This document shows positions 6,027 through 15,126 of a stretch of DNA of 42,086 bases, piece after piece (positions within the stretch are counted from its first letter, which is position 1; each line of letters starts with the position of its first letter). The notes under the pieces are model-generated. The model worked only from the letters and a program-made list of their open reading frames with translations, made no database searches and was not told the DNA's origin. The position numbers and the translations under genes are program-made. The stretch lies in the IMG/VR virus record IMGVR_UViG_3300027832_000001; one strand, given 5' to 3'. Source of the DNA: a virus.

Positions 6027-7408
6027 CCGAGTCTCGTGCCGACCGGCTCGCCCGAGCGGGCAAGCTTTCGGAACTCTTCGCTCAGCTCGACGACGACGAG
6101 GCAGCCGAGCTGGCCTACGACTGGTCTTTCTGGCAGCGACCGGAGCAGGCGATCCCGCCCGGCAATTGGGATGTCTGGATGAACCGGGCCGGACGAGGGT
6201 ACGGGAAGACACGCACCGGCTCCGAAACGATACGAGATCTCGCTCACAGCTCCCGTACAGGCTTGCTCGCAGCGGTCGCCCCAACGTCGGGCGACGCACG
6301 GGATGTGCTTGTAGAAGGCGAATCAGGGATACTCGCTGTCTGCCCTCCGTGGGACCGCCCGAAGTACGAGCCGTCGAAGCGGCGACTGACTTGGGAATCG
6401 ACCGGCGCACGACTCACCCTGTTCTCCGGCGAGGAACCCGACCGGCTCCGAGGCCCACAGCACGAGGTCGTATGGGTTGACGAACCAGCCTCGATGGACT
6501 CGGGCGGCGAGGTGATCGACATGGCCCGCCTCGGCCTTCGGCTCGGCAAGCCGAAACTGATTATCACCGGCACCCCGAAACGGGTGGCTTGGATGAAAGC
6601 GATCGAAGCGGAAGCGAGGACCGTCACCACGACCGGCTCAACCTACGAGAACCTCGGCAACCTCGCGCCCGCATTCATTCAGGTTGTCCTCGGCAGATAC
6701 GAGGGCACCCGACTCGGCCAGCAAGAACTCCACGCCGAATACTTGGACCACGTCGATGGCGCTCTTTGGATCATGGCGACGATGGACGCCTCCCGCTTCT
6801 CCGTATGGGACGCCACGCAACCGGACGTGTCGCTGAGGGACGGGATGATGGCGCACGGCATCGAGGCACCGAAGCCCGACGGACGCATGTGGCGGACGAT
6901 CGTCGCCGTTGACCCTCCCGGCGAGACAGCCGAATGCGGCATCGTCGTCGGCACCTCGCCGACCGGAGCGAAAGCGGGCAGGGACCACGCCGTGATTCTC
7001 GCTGACGAGTCGCTCGCCGGTACACCCGAACAATGGGGAGCCGCCGTCGTCGCCGCCGCTCGCCGCTGGGACGCCCAAGCCATCTACGTCGAGAAGAACC
7101 AGGGCGGCGACATGGTCCGCTCAACGATCCACGCCGTTGACCCGTCGGTCGTCGTCAAGAAGATCACCGCCAAAGAGTCGAAGCAGGCACGAGCTGAACC
7201 TGTCTCGGCGCTCTACGCAAAGGGCTGGATACACCACGCCGGTTTCTTACCGAAGCTCGAAGACCAGATGACCGAGTGGGTTCCGAACGAGTCGAAGTCC
7301 CCTGACCGGCTCGACGCTCTCGTCCATTGTGTCCGTACTCTGCTCGAAGAAGTGCAGCCTCGCAGCGTCGGCCGAGTGGCGAGGTCATTCGGCGACCGAA
7401 ACTTCTGA
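6023..7408 (+). CDS. terL: Terminase large subunit
   Basis: ORF track. Walker A GRGYGKT, Walker B VVWVDE, C-terminal nuclease-like IVAVDPPG. Size and position fit. Confidence 0.9.
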   Translation: MTESRADRLARAGKLSELFAQLDDDEAAELAYDWSFWQRPEQAIPPGNWDVWMNRAGRGYGKTRTGSETIRDLAHSSRTGLLAAVAPTSGDARDVLVEGESGILAVCPPWDRPKYEPSKRRLTWESTGARLTLFSGEEPDRLRGPQHEVVWVDEPASMDSGGEVIDMARLGLRLGKPKLIITGTPKRVAWMKAIEAEARTVTTTGSTYENLGNLAPAFIQVVLGRYEGTRLGQQELHAEYLDHVDGALWIMATMDASRFSVWDATQPDVSLRDGMMAHGIEAPKPDGRMWRTIVAVDPPGETAECGIVVGTSPTGAKAGRDHAVILADESLAGTPEQWGAAVVAAARRWDAQAIYVEKNQGGDMVRSTIHAVDPSVVVKKITAKESKQARAEPVSALYAKGWIHHAGFLPKLEDQMTEWVPNESKSPDRLDALVHCVRTLLEEVQPRSVGRVARSFGDRNF

Positions 7409-7422
7409 CGTAGACTCGACCT

Positions 7423-7722
7423 ATGTCCGCTCTCTTCGTCGTCGTCCTGCTTCTCGCCTGCTGGCGTGTCGCCCGCTTCTTGGCGCTCGACGAGCTGAGC
7501 CGTCCGGCCCGCGAATGGCTGATCGGCAAGGTCGGTGAGGAGTCGCAACTCGCTTACCTGATCTCGTGCCCGTGGTGCATCTCGTTCTGGTCGAGCATCC
7601 CGCTCGTATGGCTGGCGCTCGTCCATCAGGATCAGCTCGCCGCCCAAGTCATCATGTTGGCGCTCGCCGGTTCGCTCGCCGCCGGACTCGGGCAGACGAT
7701 TGAGGATCGGCTCGACCGGTGA
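7423..7722 (+). CDS. Membrane protein, DUF1360-like (CPWCISFW motif)
   Basis: ORF track. Three hydrophobic segments and a CPWC motif. Confidence 0.6.
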   Translation: MSALFVVVLLLACWRVARFLALDELSRPAREWLIGKVGEESQLAYLISCPWCISFWSSIPLVWLALVHQDQLAAQVIMLALAGSLAAGLGQTIEDRLDR

Positions 7723-7826
7723 GCGATCCGCTGACCTGGACCGACATGCAAATGGTTTTGTTGGGCGTCAGTATTCTCGCTTTCTGTCTCGCCGTGCTTG
7801 TCTGGTCGGAGCGTCGAGAGCGCTGA
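7719..7826 (+). CDS. Very small membrane protein (35 aa)
   Basis: Hand translation gives VSDPLTWTDMQMVLLGVSILAFCLAVLVWSERRER. GTGA and TGATG overlaps link it to both neighbours. Confidence 0.4.
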   Translation: MSDPLTWTDMQMVLLGVSILAFCLAVLVWSERRER

Positions 7827-8044
7827 TGATGTGGAGAAGGATCGCGGCTCTCTGCATCGTGGTGCCGTGGCTTCTCGTAAAGCTTGCCCGCAACACATAC
7901 GTCACCAAAAGTGACCTGCTCGCCGAGCGGGAACGAACCGATCATGCTGTCATCGAAGAAGCAGAACTGATTGTCGCTGCCGAGGTCCGACGCCGATCCC
8001 AAGATCAACACCCCTCACAGGAGTACCCTGACAGTCATGGCTGA
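7826..8044 (+). CDS. Small membrane protein (72 aa)
   Basis: ATG 7826 inside ORF 7700..8044. TM segment IAALCIVVPWLLV. Confidence 0.45.
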   Translation: MMWRRIAALCIVVPWLLVKLARNTYVTKSDLLAERERTDHAVIEEAELIVAAEVRRRSQDQHPSQEYPDSHG

Positions 8045-9947
8045 TCGCTCACCCGCACGTTCTACGCCGCACCGGTATTCGCTGGTCGCTGCCGCCGAGG
8101 TAATCGCCTCCGCCGATATCTCCCGCCCGTACACGTCTTCGGGCATGATGCTCGAATGGCAGGAGCGTGCCTGGGGCTACTATGACCGGGTTGGCGAGTT
8201 CCGTTTCGGTGTCGGCTGGTGTTCGAATGCGATGTCGAGAGTGAACCTGACTGCTGCTGCTCCGCCCAGGCAGGTCGGCGACGAGCCGACAGCGATCGAC
8301 GTGGAGAGCGACGAGGTGACGCCATCGCAGCGGCGTGCGATTGAGCTGGTCGAGCAGATCGCGGGCGGAGCTTCCGGCCAGGGGCAACTGTTGGGCGAGT
8401 TCGGTTCGCATCTTTCGATCGCCGGGTTCGGCTGGCTTGTTGCGGAGCCGAGGCTCGGAGATCCGAACTCCGATTCGTATGAGACGTGGCAGGTGCTGCC
8501 GCAGGATGCCCTGAAGTTTGAGGGCACGACCAACCAAAAGATTTTCCTCCGTATCGGAGACGGCAACAAAAGCGACGCCTGGCGACCGGTACACCCGAAC
8601 TCGCTGATCGTCAAAGTGTGGCGTAAGCATCCTCGTAAGCCGTGGCAGCCGGACGCCCCGGTCCGGGCCGTGCTCCCCGTATTGGAGATCATCGAGCTGC
8701 TCACCGATCACATTACAGCGTCGGGCCGCTCACGTCTCGCTGGTGCCGGTCTGCTTGCGATCCCGTCGGAGACAGAGTTTCCGCCACCGCCTCCGGTCGA
8801 GGGTGAGACGACCGTTGCCACCGAGCAGGATCGGTTCGACCATTTCGTCGAAGAGTTGACGAACGCCATGACAACGCCGATCAAGAATCGGCAGTCCGCT
8901 GCTGCTGTCGTGCCTTTGCCGATCGCGATCCCCGGCGAGTTCATCGACAAGATCAAACACATCTCATTCTCGACGCCGTTCGACGCCCAGGTCCGCGAGC
9001 TGATGGAGGATGCGATCAAGCGTCTGGCGCTCGGCCTCGACATGCCGCCCGAGGTGTTGACCGGCATGTCCGGTGTGAATCATTGGACGGCGTGGCAGGT
9101 CGAAGAGACAGCGATCACCCTACACATCGAGCCGAATGCTGAGATCGTCTGCAACGCTCTGACCGAAGCATGGTTGAAGCCTGCTCTGCGTGCCGAGGGG
9201 TTCGATGAGAACGCTGCGATGGTCTGGTATGACACGAGCGACCTGACTTCTCCGCCCGACAAGTCAGGCTCGGCTGTCGAGGTGTACGACCGCATCCAGC
9301 TATCTGCTCAGGCGTTGCGTCGGGAGACTGGATTCACCGAGGATGACAAGCCGAACGAGGACGAGTTCCGCCAACGGGTTCTGCTCGATGCTGCGAAGGG
9401 CGCTCCGGCGCTCGCACCGTCGATGCTGGCGAAAGCTGGCATCCTCGCCGAAGAGATCGCCGACGCAGTGGCCGACATCCAGGCTCCCGCATCAGCCCCT
9501 ATTTCGCCGTCTACGGAGTCGGAAGCCGGATCTGGCCCAGTTAGGTCCGCACCGTCCCGTGACGGCAGGCCGAGCCAGGTTTCTGCGGCGCTCGATTCGG
9601 CGGTCATCATGGCTTGCGATGGCATCGTGGACCGGGCGATGGAGATGGCAGGCAAACGTCTCCTCGGAGCGATCGGCCGCAAGACCGGGCACGGTCCACA
9701 GGGTGTGGATAAGAAGGGCGATGCCCGCATATTGCATCTCCAATATGATCCGACGGTGTACGCCGACCTCGACCAGCTACTCACCGGCTCGTTCGATCGG
9801 GTCGGAGTCGTCGCCGAATACTTGGGTATCGACGAAGACGCTCTGCTCGCAACATTGAACGCATACTGCCGTGGCCTGCTGGCTGCCCAACACGAGCACG
9901 ATCTGATCCGGCTGTCGGCGGCGCTCGGCGCTGACGTAATGGTCTGA
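8037..9947 (+). CDS. Portal protein
   Basis: ATG 8037 (AGGAG upstream) inside ORF 7971..9947. 636 aa, located between the terminase and the MuF-like gene. Confidence 0.8.
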   Translation: MADRSPARSTPHRYSLVAAAEVIASADISRPYTSSGMMLEWQERAWGYYDRVGEFRFGVGWCSNAMSRVNLTAAAPPRQVGDEPTAIDVESDEVTPSQRRAIELVEQIAGGASGQGQLLGEFGSHLSIAGFGWLVAEPRLGDPNSDSYETWQVLPQDALKFEGTTNQKIFLRIGDGNKSDAWRPVHPNSLIVKVWRKHPRKPWQPDAPVRAVLPVLEIIELLTDHITASGRSRLAGAGLLAIPSETEFPPPPPVEGETTVATEQDRFDHFVEELTNAMTTPIKNRQSAAAVVPLPIAIPGEFIDKIKHISFSTPFDAQVRELMEDAIKRLALGLDMPPEVLTGMSGVNHWTAWQVEETAITLHIEPNAEIVCNALTEAWLKPALRAEGFDENAAMVWYDTSDLTSPPDKSGSAVEVYDRIQLSAQALRRETGFTEDDKPNEDEFRQRVLLDAAKGAPALAPSMLAKAGILAEEIADAVADIQAPASAPISPSTESEAGSGPVRSAPSRDGRPSQVSAALDSAVIMACDGIVDRAMEMAGKRLLGAIGRKTGHGPQGVDKKGDARILHLQYDPTVYADLDQLLTGSFDRVGVVAEYLGIDEDALLATLNAYCRGLLAAQHEHDLIRLSAALGADVMV

Positions 9948-9949
9948 CG

Positions 9950-10795
9950 ATGGCGACTCCGCCACCACTCAAAGCTGACGAGAATGGCTTCGTCTCCGAA
10001 GCCGACTTCGAGGAGTGGATCGTTTCTTGGGAGGTCGAGTCGGCCCGCCTGATGGGCGACGCCGCAGCGAAGATCGCCGAGGAGCATCTCAACATGTACG
10101 TCGAGACTTTGGTGGCGGCGGGCGACCCTGCTGTTTTCGATGCGATGACAGCCGAGTGGCAGGTAGCTGTCGATGAGTTCTTGGCGCTCGGTGTGAAGCC
10201 GCTGTATTTGCAAGGTTCGATTGGTGCCCAGTTGGGTGCGCCGTTGATGCCGGTCGATCTGCTGGCGACATGGACCCAGGTCGTGAATGTGAACGCAGCG
10301 AACTATGTGATGACGGCCAGCAACCGGATCGTTGGTGCGTCGTCGTCGATCTGGTCGCAGGTCCAATTTGCTGCCGAGCAGTCGATCTCATCTGGCGTCG
10401 AGATTCCGAAGCTCCGCAAGGAGGTCGAGAACATCACTGGGTATGCGCGTGGCCGGGCACAGGCGATCGCTCGCACCGAGGTGATGGGCGCATACAATGG
10501 TGGCGACATGGATGGCGCTCGGGCGCTCGGCGCTTACGGCCCTGTGGAGAAGTCTTGGTTGGCGACGGGTGGGCCGCGTACTCGTGAGAGCCACGCCGAG
10601 GCTGACGGGCAGACTGTGTTGATGGAGGAGTCGTTCATCGTGGGTGGTGTGGCGATGGATCGCCCGCTCGATCCGTCTGGCCCTGCGGAGGAGGTCGTGA
10701 ATTGTCGGTGCGTGATGCAAATGTTTTTCGTGGGCGACACTCGGCCGGATGGGACGACGATCGAGGCGGCGACCGAAGAGGCTCCACCAGAATAG
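9950..10795 (+). CDS. MuF-like head morphogenesis / minor capsid protein
   Basis: ORF track. ARTEVMGAYNGG...SWLATGGPRTRESHAEADGQ...VNCRCV matches the Phage_Mu_F / SPP1 gp7 domain pattern. Confidence 0.75.
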   Translation: MATPPPLKADENGFVSEADFEEWIVSWEVESARLMGDAAAKIAEEHLNMYVETLVAAGDPAVFDAMTAEWQVAVDEFLALGVKPLYLQGSIGAQLGAPLMPVDLLATWTQVVNVNAANYVMTASNRIVGASSSIWSQVQFAAEQSISSGVEIPKLRKEVENITGYARGRAQAIARTEVMGAYNGGDMDGARALGAYGPVEKSWLATGGPRTRESHAEADGQTVLMEESFIVGGVAMDRPLDPSGPAEEVVNCRCVMQMFFVGDTRPDGTTIEAATEEAPPE

Positions 10796-10845
10796 TTTCG
10801 GGTTGAGGGTTGACGACCCGACTCGGGTCGGATAAGATGATTGAC
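10788..10845 (+). promoter_or_regulatory. Promoter-operator cassette copy 2
   Basis: -35 TTGACG at 10810-10815. Palindrome at 10814-10830. -10 TAAGAT at 10833-10838. ATG at 10846. The conserved AATAG supplies the MuF-gene stop codon (10793-10795). Confidence 0.65.
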
Positions 10846-11103
10846 ATGACCGACACGACAACCTTCCCCATCTCGACCTCCACGACGACCGGCACCGACG
10901 CCGAGACTGGCCGACGGTGGGCCGAGTTCCGAGTCCTCGCAAACGGCAACTACATCGGCCAGGCAATCGAGATCACGGCGGGCGGCTGCTGGGCCTCCTT
11001 CGGTCACGGTGACCGCCCGGCCGGAACCTTCACCACGAAGACCGACGCCAGCCTCAAGCTCGCCGCCGACTACGCCGCCATGATGGCCACCCGGCCCTTC
11101 TGA
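10846..11103 (+). CDS. Hypothetical protein (85 aa), moron gene 1
   Basis: ATG 10846 inside ORF 10810..11103, 7 nt after the -10 element. N-terminus MTDTTT. Confidence 0.6.
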   Translation: MTDTTTFPISTSTTTGTDAETGRRWAEFRVLANGNYIGQAIEITAGGCWASFGHGDRPAGTFTTKTDASLKLAADYAAMMATRPF

Positions 11104-11150
11104 TGCCCCTCGCCTCCCGAACCTCGAACCCGACCAGAAAAGAGAATGCG

Positions 11151-11612
11151 ATGACAACCTCCACGACCCTCCGATCCGAAGCCGCCCGGCATGAGCAGGA
11201 CGCCGCCGACAGCTTCGACCGCTGCGACACCGACGGCTTCGTCAGCCAATGGGCGTCCGGCTGCATGGCAGCCAAGAAGCGCCTCGCCGCTGCCATCGCC
11301 GACCGGGGTGGAGTCGCTGAGTTCCCGGCGCTCTTCGATCTCGACGGCAACCTGGTCGCCGCCAAGCTGATCGACGGCAAATACGGGATGGTCTGGGGCA
11401 TCCTCGCCTCCGACGATCCGGCGAGCGACATCACCGAATGGGTGACGGCATTCCCGGTGCGTGAGTCCACGATGGCGAAGAAGGGCTACGCCGAGGGCAT
11501 GGTCCTCGCACCGGCCTACGCCGACCTCCGAGGTGCCAACGCCTGCAACGTCACCGCCCGCTCCATCCGCACCGACGGCGGATTCTCCCGCAACGTCGAG
11601 ATCGTCGCCTGA
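11151..11612 (+). CDS. Hypothetical protein (153 aa), moron gene 2
   Basis: ATG 11151 inside ORF 11103..11612. N-terminus MTTSTT. No motif recognised. Confidence 0.6.
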   Translation: MTTSTTLRSEAARHEQDAADSFDRCDTDGFVSQWASGCMAAKKRLAAAIADRGGVAEFPALFDLDGNLVAAKLIDGKYGMVWGILASDDPASDITEWVTAFPVRESTMAKKGYAEGMVLAPAYADLRGANACNVTARSIRTDGGFSRNVEIVA

Positions 11613-11630
11613 GTCGATCAGCCAGTCAGC

Positions 11631-11672
11631 GAGCGCCCCGACCGGAACATGGGTCGGGGCGCTCTTTGCGTT
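11631..11672 (+). terminator. Intrinsic terminator closing the moron
   Basis: Perfect 13-bp stem, GAGCGCCCCGACC (11631-11643) with GGTCGGGGCGCTC (11652-11664). 8-nt loop, then TTTGCGTT. Confidence 0.8.
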
Positions 11673-11742
11673 CCGGGACACCCACCGGGTTCGAGCATGA
11701 CGGTCCACCTCCGATCGGCCCGTATGGGTCTACGCTGTCCGT

Positions 11743-13125
11743 ATGAGGCTCGCACTCGAAGACAACAAGGTCACACTCGCCGAAGATGACGCTCTCCTGG
11801 AGGACTCGCTCGACGACATGGAAGACGCGCTCGACGACGTGGCGGTGGCCGACGACCTCGAACCGGACGACAGCTTCGACGGCCGAACCAAATGGATTCT
11901 GCTCGTCGAGGGCATCGAGACAGGCGACAAACGACTCTTCGAAGAAGGCGCGATCACATGGCGAGATCTCCCGCTCCCGCTCATGGCGACCGACATGACC
12001 GGCAACGGCCACGACGGCGCACAGCTCGTCGGCCGGTTCGTCGAGATCTACCGTGAGGGCAACCAGGTCATCGGCGTGTCCGAGCCGATCGACTCCGACG
12101 ACGACAACGTGCTCCGACTCCAGAGGCTCATCGACAGCGGCGACCTCAAAGGAATCTCTGTGGACCTCGACAACATCGAAGGCTCGATGATCGTCGAAGA
12201 GATGCCCGACCCGACCGAGAACGAAGACGGCACAATCGGCATTGATATGTCGATGCCGAAGATCCGTATCTCCGCCGCCCGCATCATGGGTGCGACCGGC
12301 GTCCCGTTCCCGGCGTTCGCCGAGGCCCACCAGATCCAAGCCAGCCTCATCGCCGGAGCGATGTCGCTCGACACCCTCCAGACCGCAGACGTGGCCCTCA
12401 TCAATGCGCCAGTCCGACCGCCGCTCCACTGGTTCGATGACCCTGGCTTCGTGGGCCCGACGCCGATGGATGTCGAGTCCGACGGATACATCCGAGGCCA
12501 CGTCGCTCTCTGGGCGTCATGCCATCGCGGCTTCGATTCCTGCACCCCTCCGCCTCGCGCCCCATCCGGCAACTACGAGCACTTCCACACCGGCCAGATC
12601 ATCACGGCCGACGGCTCGAAGATCGGCGTCGGCAACATCACCGTCGATTCCGGTCACGCCGACATCAGAGCGAATGCCAACCTCGCCAAAGAGCACTACG
12701 ACAACACCGGCTGGATCGGTGCCGACGTGCGTTGCGGCGAGGACAGCTTCGGTATCTGGATGGCCGGTGCGATCCGCTCCGACATCAGCCCTGAGATGTT
12801 GCGGGCGCTGATGGCAACCGACGTTTCTGGGGACTGGAGGTCGATCAACGGACGCTTACGACTGATCGGGCTGGCCTCGATTCCGGTGCCCGGTTTCGTC
12901 AAGACTCAGGTCGCCTCGGGTGAGCTTCTTGCGATGGTCGCCTCGATCCCGGTGTGCGCCGCCGACCTCGACCCGATCGACCTACGAATAGCAGACAGGA
13001 TCGCCCTCTCAGTAGGCCGTACACGAGAGCAAATCATGGCAGATCGAGATCGTGTCGCATACGGCATCGGACGCCACCCAGCGCAGCAGAGAGCTGCCCT
13101 GGCAAACCGGATTCATGGCAAGTAG
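11743..13125 (+). CDS. Capsid maturation (prohead) protease
   Basis: ORF track. GHDGAQLVGRFVEI...LIDSGDLKGISVDL resembles the HK97-type S78 protease core. Acidic N-terminus. Lies upstream of the capsid gene. Confidence 0.65.
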   Translation: MRLALEDNKVTLAEDDALLEDSLDDMEDALDDVAVADDLEPDDSFDGRTKWILLVEGIETGDKRLFEEGAITWRDLPLPLMATDMTGNGHDGAQLVGRFVEIYREGNQVIGVSEPIDSDDDNVLRLQRLIDSGDLKGISVDLDNIEGSMIVEEMPDPTENEDGTIGIDMSMPKIRISAARIMGATGVPFPAFAEAHQIQASLIAGAMSLDTLQTADVALINAPVRPPLHWFDDPGFVGPTPMDVESDGYIRGHVALWASCHRGFDSCTPPPRAPSGNYEHFHTGQIITADGSKIGVGNITVDSGHADIRANANLAKEHYDNTGWIGADVRCGEDSFGIWMAGAIRSDISPEMLRALMATDVSGDWRSINGRLRLIGLASIPVPGFVKTQVASGELLAMVASIPVCAADLDPIDLRIADRIALSVGRTREQIMADRDRVAYGIGRHPAQQRAALANRIHGK

Positions 13126-13447
13126 CAGCTCATGGCATGAGGCGGCTCCGTTCGGAGAGGTCAGCCCGTGAGGCTTGACGCACAGCAGGCACGCGCTGCC
13201 TCGACGCAAGTGATCCACGAAGTCTTTCGAGATGACGTTTCGACCGGTCGCCGTTTCACTTCCCTGCCAGCAGCACAACGCTACGCACACTCGGTCGGTG
13301 GCACCATTCGCCCGCTGGCTTGACACGTCTGCTACAGTTACAACTGATCCGCCCCACCGGTATGACCGGTAGCGGTGCGAACATGGGTATGACCCTGGCG
13401 CATGATGATTCCTCAATCTCATACACCCCGCCCAGGAGGCACCCAAA

Positions 13448-15034
13448 ATGGACACCAATCTTCCCGAATCCTTCGACGGCATCACCGATGCTGAGCTTGA
13501 CGCAATGGAAGCGTCGATCATCGAAGAGTTCGACGCAAAGTACGACAACGACACCCCGGCACCAGTCGCCGACCTGACCGAGATCGCCGAGGCACTCGAT
13601 GCCGTGCGCTCCGAGCAGGCTGCCCGCACCGAGCAGGCTGACGCCGACTCCGAGGCGCGCGCTGCTCTCGGTGACCGGGTTCGCCCAGTCGCCGAAGAAG
13701 ATGTCTTCGAGGAGATCGTCGCCGAAGTCGTCGAAGAGATCGAAGTTGCCGAAGAGCTGGAGTTGGTCACCGCCAGCCTCAAGCCGAAGGCACCGTCCGC
13801 TCGCCGCATGGCGACTCGCGACGTGACTCCTCCCGCTGCCGAAGCGAAGCAGATGACAACGATCACTGCCGCTGCCGACATCCCTGGAATCACTTCCGGC
13901 TCGCAGCTCGACCGCATGGGACTGGCACGAGCATTCGCTGCCCGTTCCCGTGGCCTCGCTGACCACTCGCCTCGTGTGGGTGTCGCAACCGTGGACACCG
14001 GAATCCCCGAAGAGCACTTCGTGCGTGACGGTGGAGACTCCGCCTCGCAGGTCATGGAAGCGGTCGTCGCTTCCTCGCTCCGTGGCAAAGATGCCCAGTC
14101 CCTCGTCGCTTCGGGTGGCTTCTGCACCCCGTCGGAGAACATGTACGAGCTGTTCAGCATCGAAAGCCGTGACGGTCTTCTCGACCTCCCGACGATGGGC
14201 GTGTCACGCGGTGGCATCAACATCCCGAGTTACATCGGCTTGTCCGATGTTTCTTCGGCGCTGTGGACCTGGACGGAGGCGACCGACATCACGCCGGGCG
14301 CATCGGTCAAGGCTTGCCTGCAAGTTCCGTGCCCGACCTGGACTGACTACCGGCTCATCGCCGAGGGTCTGTGCTTGACGGCTGGCAACTTCATGGACAA
14401 GAGCTACCCCGAGATGCTGGCCCGCACGACGGACCTCGCGATGACCGCCCACATGCACCGTGTGTCGGCAGCTCATCTCGCAGCCATCGTCGCCGGGGCA
14501 ACCGCGGTCACCGTGACCTCGCTCCCGACCGACGCCGCTGGCGACATCCTGAGCGCCGTAGACCTTCAAGTCGCTGACTACCGGAGCACCTTCACGATGT
14601 CTCCGAACGCAGTGCTCGAAGCGGTCTTCCCGACCTGGGTTCGTGGAGCAATCCGCTCCACCCTCGCAGCCCGTGCAGGCATCGGATACTTCGATGTCAG
14701 CGACGAGGACATCACCCGGTTCTTCACGATCCGCGGTGTGCGTCCTCAGTTCGTGACCGGACAAGATCCGATCACGACCGGCACAGCGCTCACGGCATGG
14801 CCGACGACGACCACCTTCCTGCTGTTCCCGGCAGGCGGCTACGTCGCAGGCGACGGCGGCACGATCGACCTCGGTGTCGTTCGTGACTCGACGCTCAACG
14901 CAACCAACGACTTCACGTTGGCTTGGACGGAGCAGTTCATGCTGACCGCCCAGCGTGGTCCTGCTGCACGCAACGTCACCGTCTCGACGGTTGTTGACGG
15001 GCAGACCGGCGGACCTGAGTTCGTCGGAGCCTGA
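13448..15034 (+). CDS. Major capsid protein with an N-terminal acidic scaffold-like (delta) domain
   Basis: ORF track. The first ~140 aa are an acidic coiled-coil-like segment. The C-terminal part has HK97-fold-like features (ASGGFCTP, DLGVVRDSTLNATNDFTLAWTEQF). No separate scaffold gene is present. Confidence 0.7.
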   Translation: MDTNLPESFDGITDAELDAMEASIIEEFDAKYDNDTPAPVADLTEIAEALDAVRSEQAARTEQADADSEARAALGDRVRPVAEEDVFEEIVAEVVEEIEVAEELELVTASLKPKAPSARRMATRDVTPPAAEAKQMTTITAAADIPGITSGSQLDRMGLARAFAARSRGLADHSPRVGVATVDTGIPEEHFVRDGGDSASQVMEAVVASSLRGKDAQSLVASGGFCTPSENMYELFSIESRDGLLDLPTMGVSRGGINIPSYIGLSDVSSALWTWTEATDITPGASVKACLQVPCPTWTDYRLIAEGLCLTAGNFMDKSYPEMLARTTDLAMTAHMHRVSAAHLAAIVAGATAVTVTSLPTDAAGDILSAVDLQVADYRSTFTMSPNAVLEAVFPTWVRGAIRSTLAARAGIGYFDVSDEDITRFFTIRGVRPQFVTGQDPITTGTALTAWPTTTTFLLFPAGGYVAGDGGTIDLGVVRDSTLNATNDFTLAWTEQFMLTAQRGPAARNVTVSTVVDGQTGGPEFVGA

Positions 15035-15050
15035 GTAAGTTTCTGAGGAT

Positions 15051-15093
15051 CGACGCAACCTTCTCCCCTGGGGGTTGCGTCGGTCCTTTGGTT
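15051..15093 (+). terminator. Hairpin after the capsid gene
   Basis: 10-bp stem, CGACGCAACC (15051-15060) with GGTTGCGTCG (15073-15082), followed by the T-containing tract GTCCTTTGGTT. Confidence 0.55.
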
Positions 15094-15126
15094 CGGTTCA
15101 ACTAACACGAGATCAAAGAGGCAACA

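Noticed and set aside
7971-8036. Upstream start (7971) offered by the ORF track for the portal gene
   Set aside because: It would overlap the preceding membrane-protein gene by 74 nt. ATG 8037 has an AGGAG RBS and only an 8-nt overlap.
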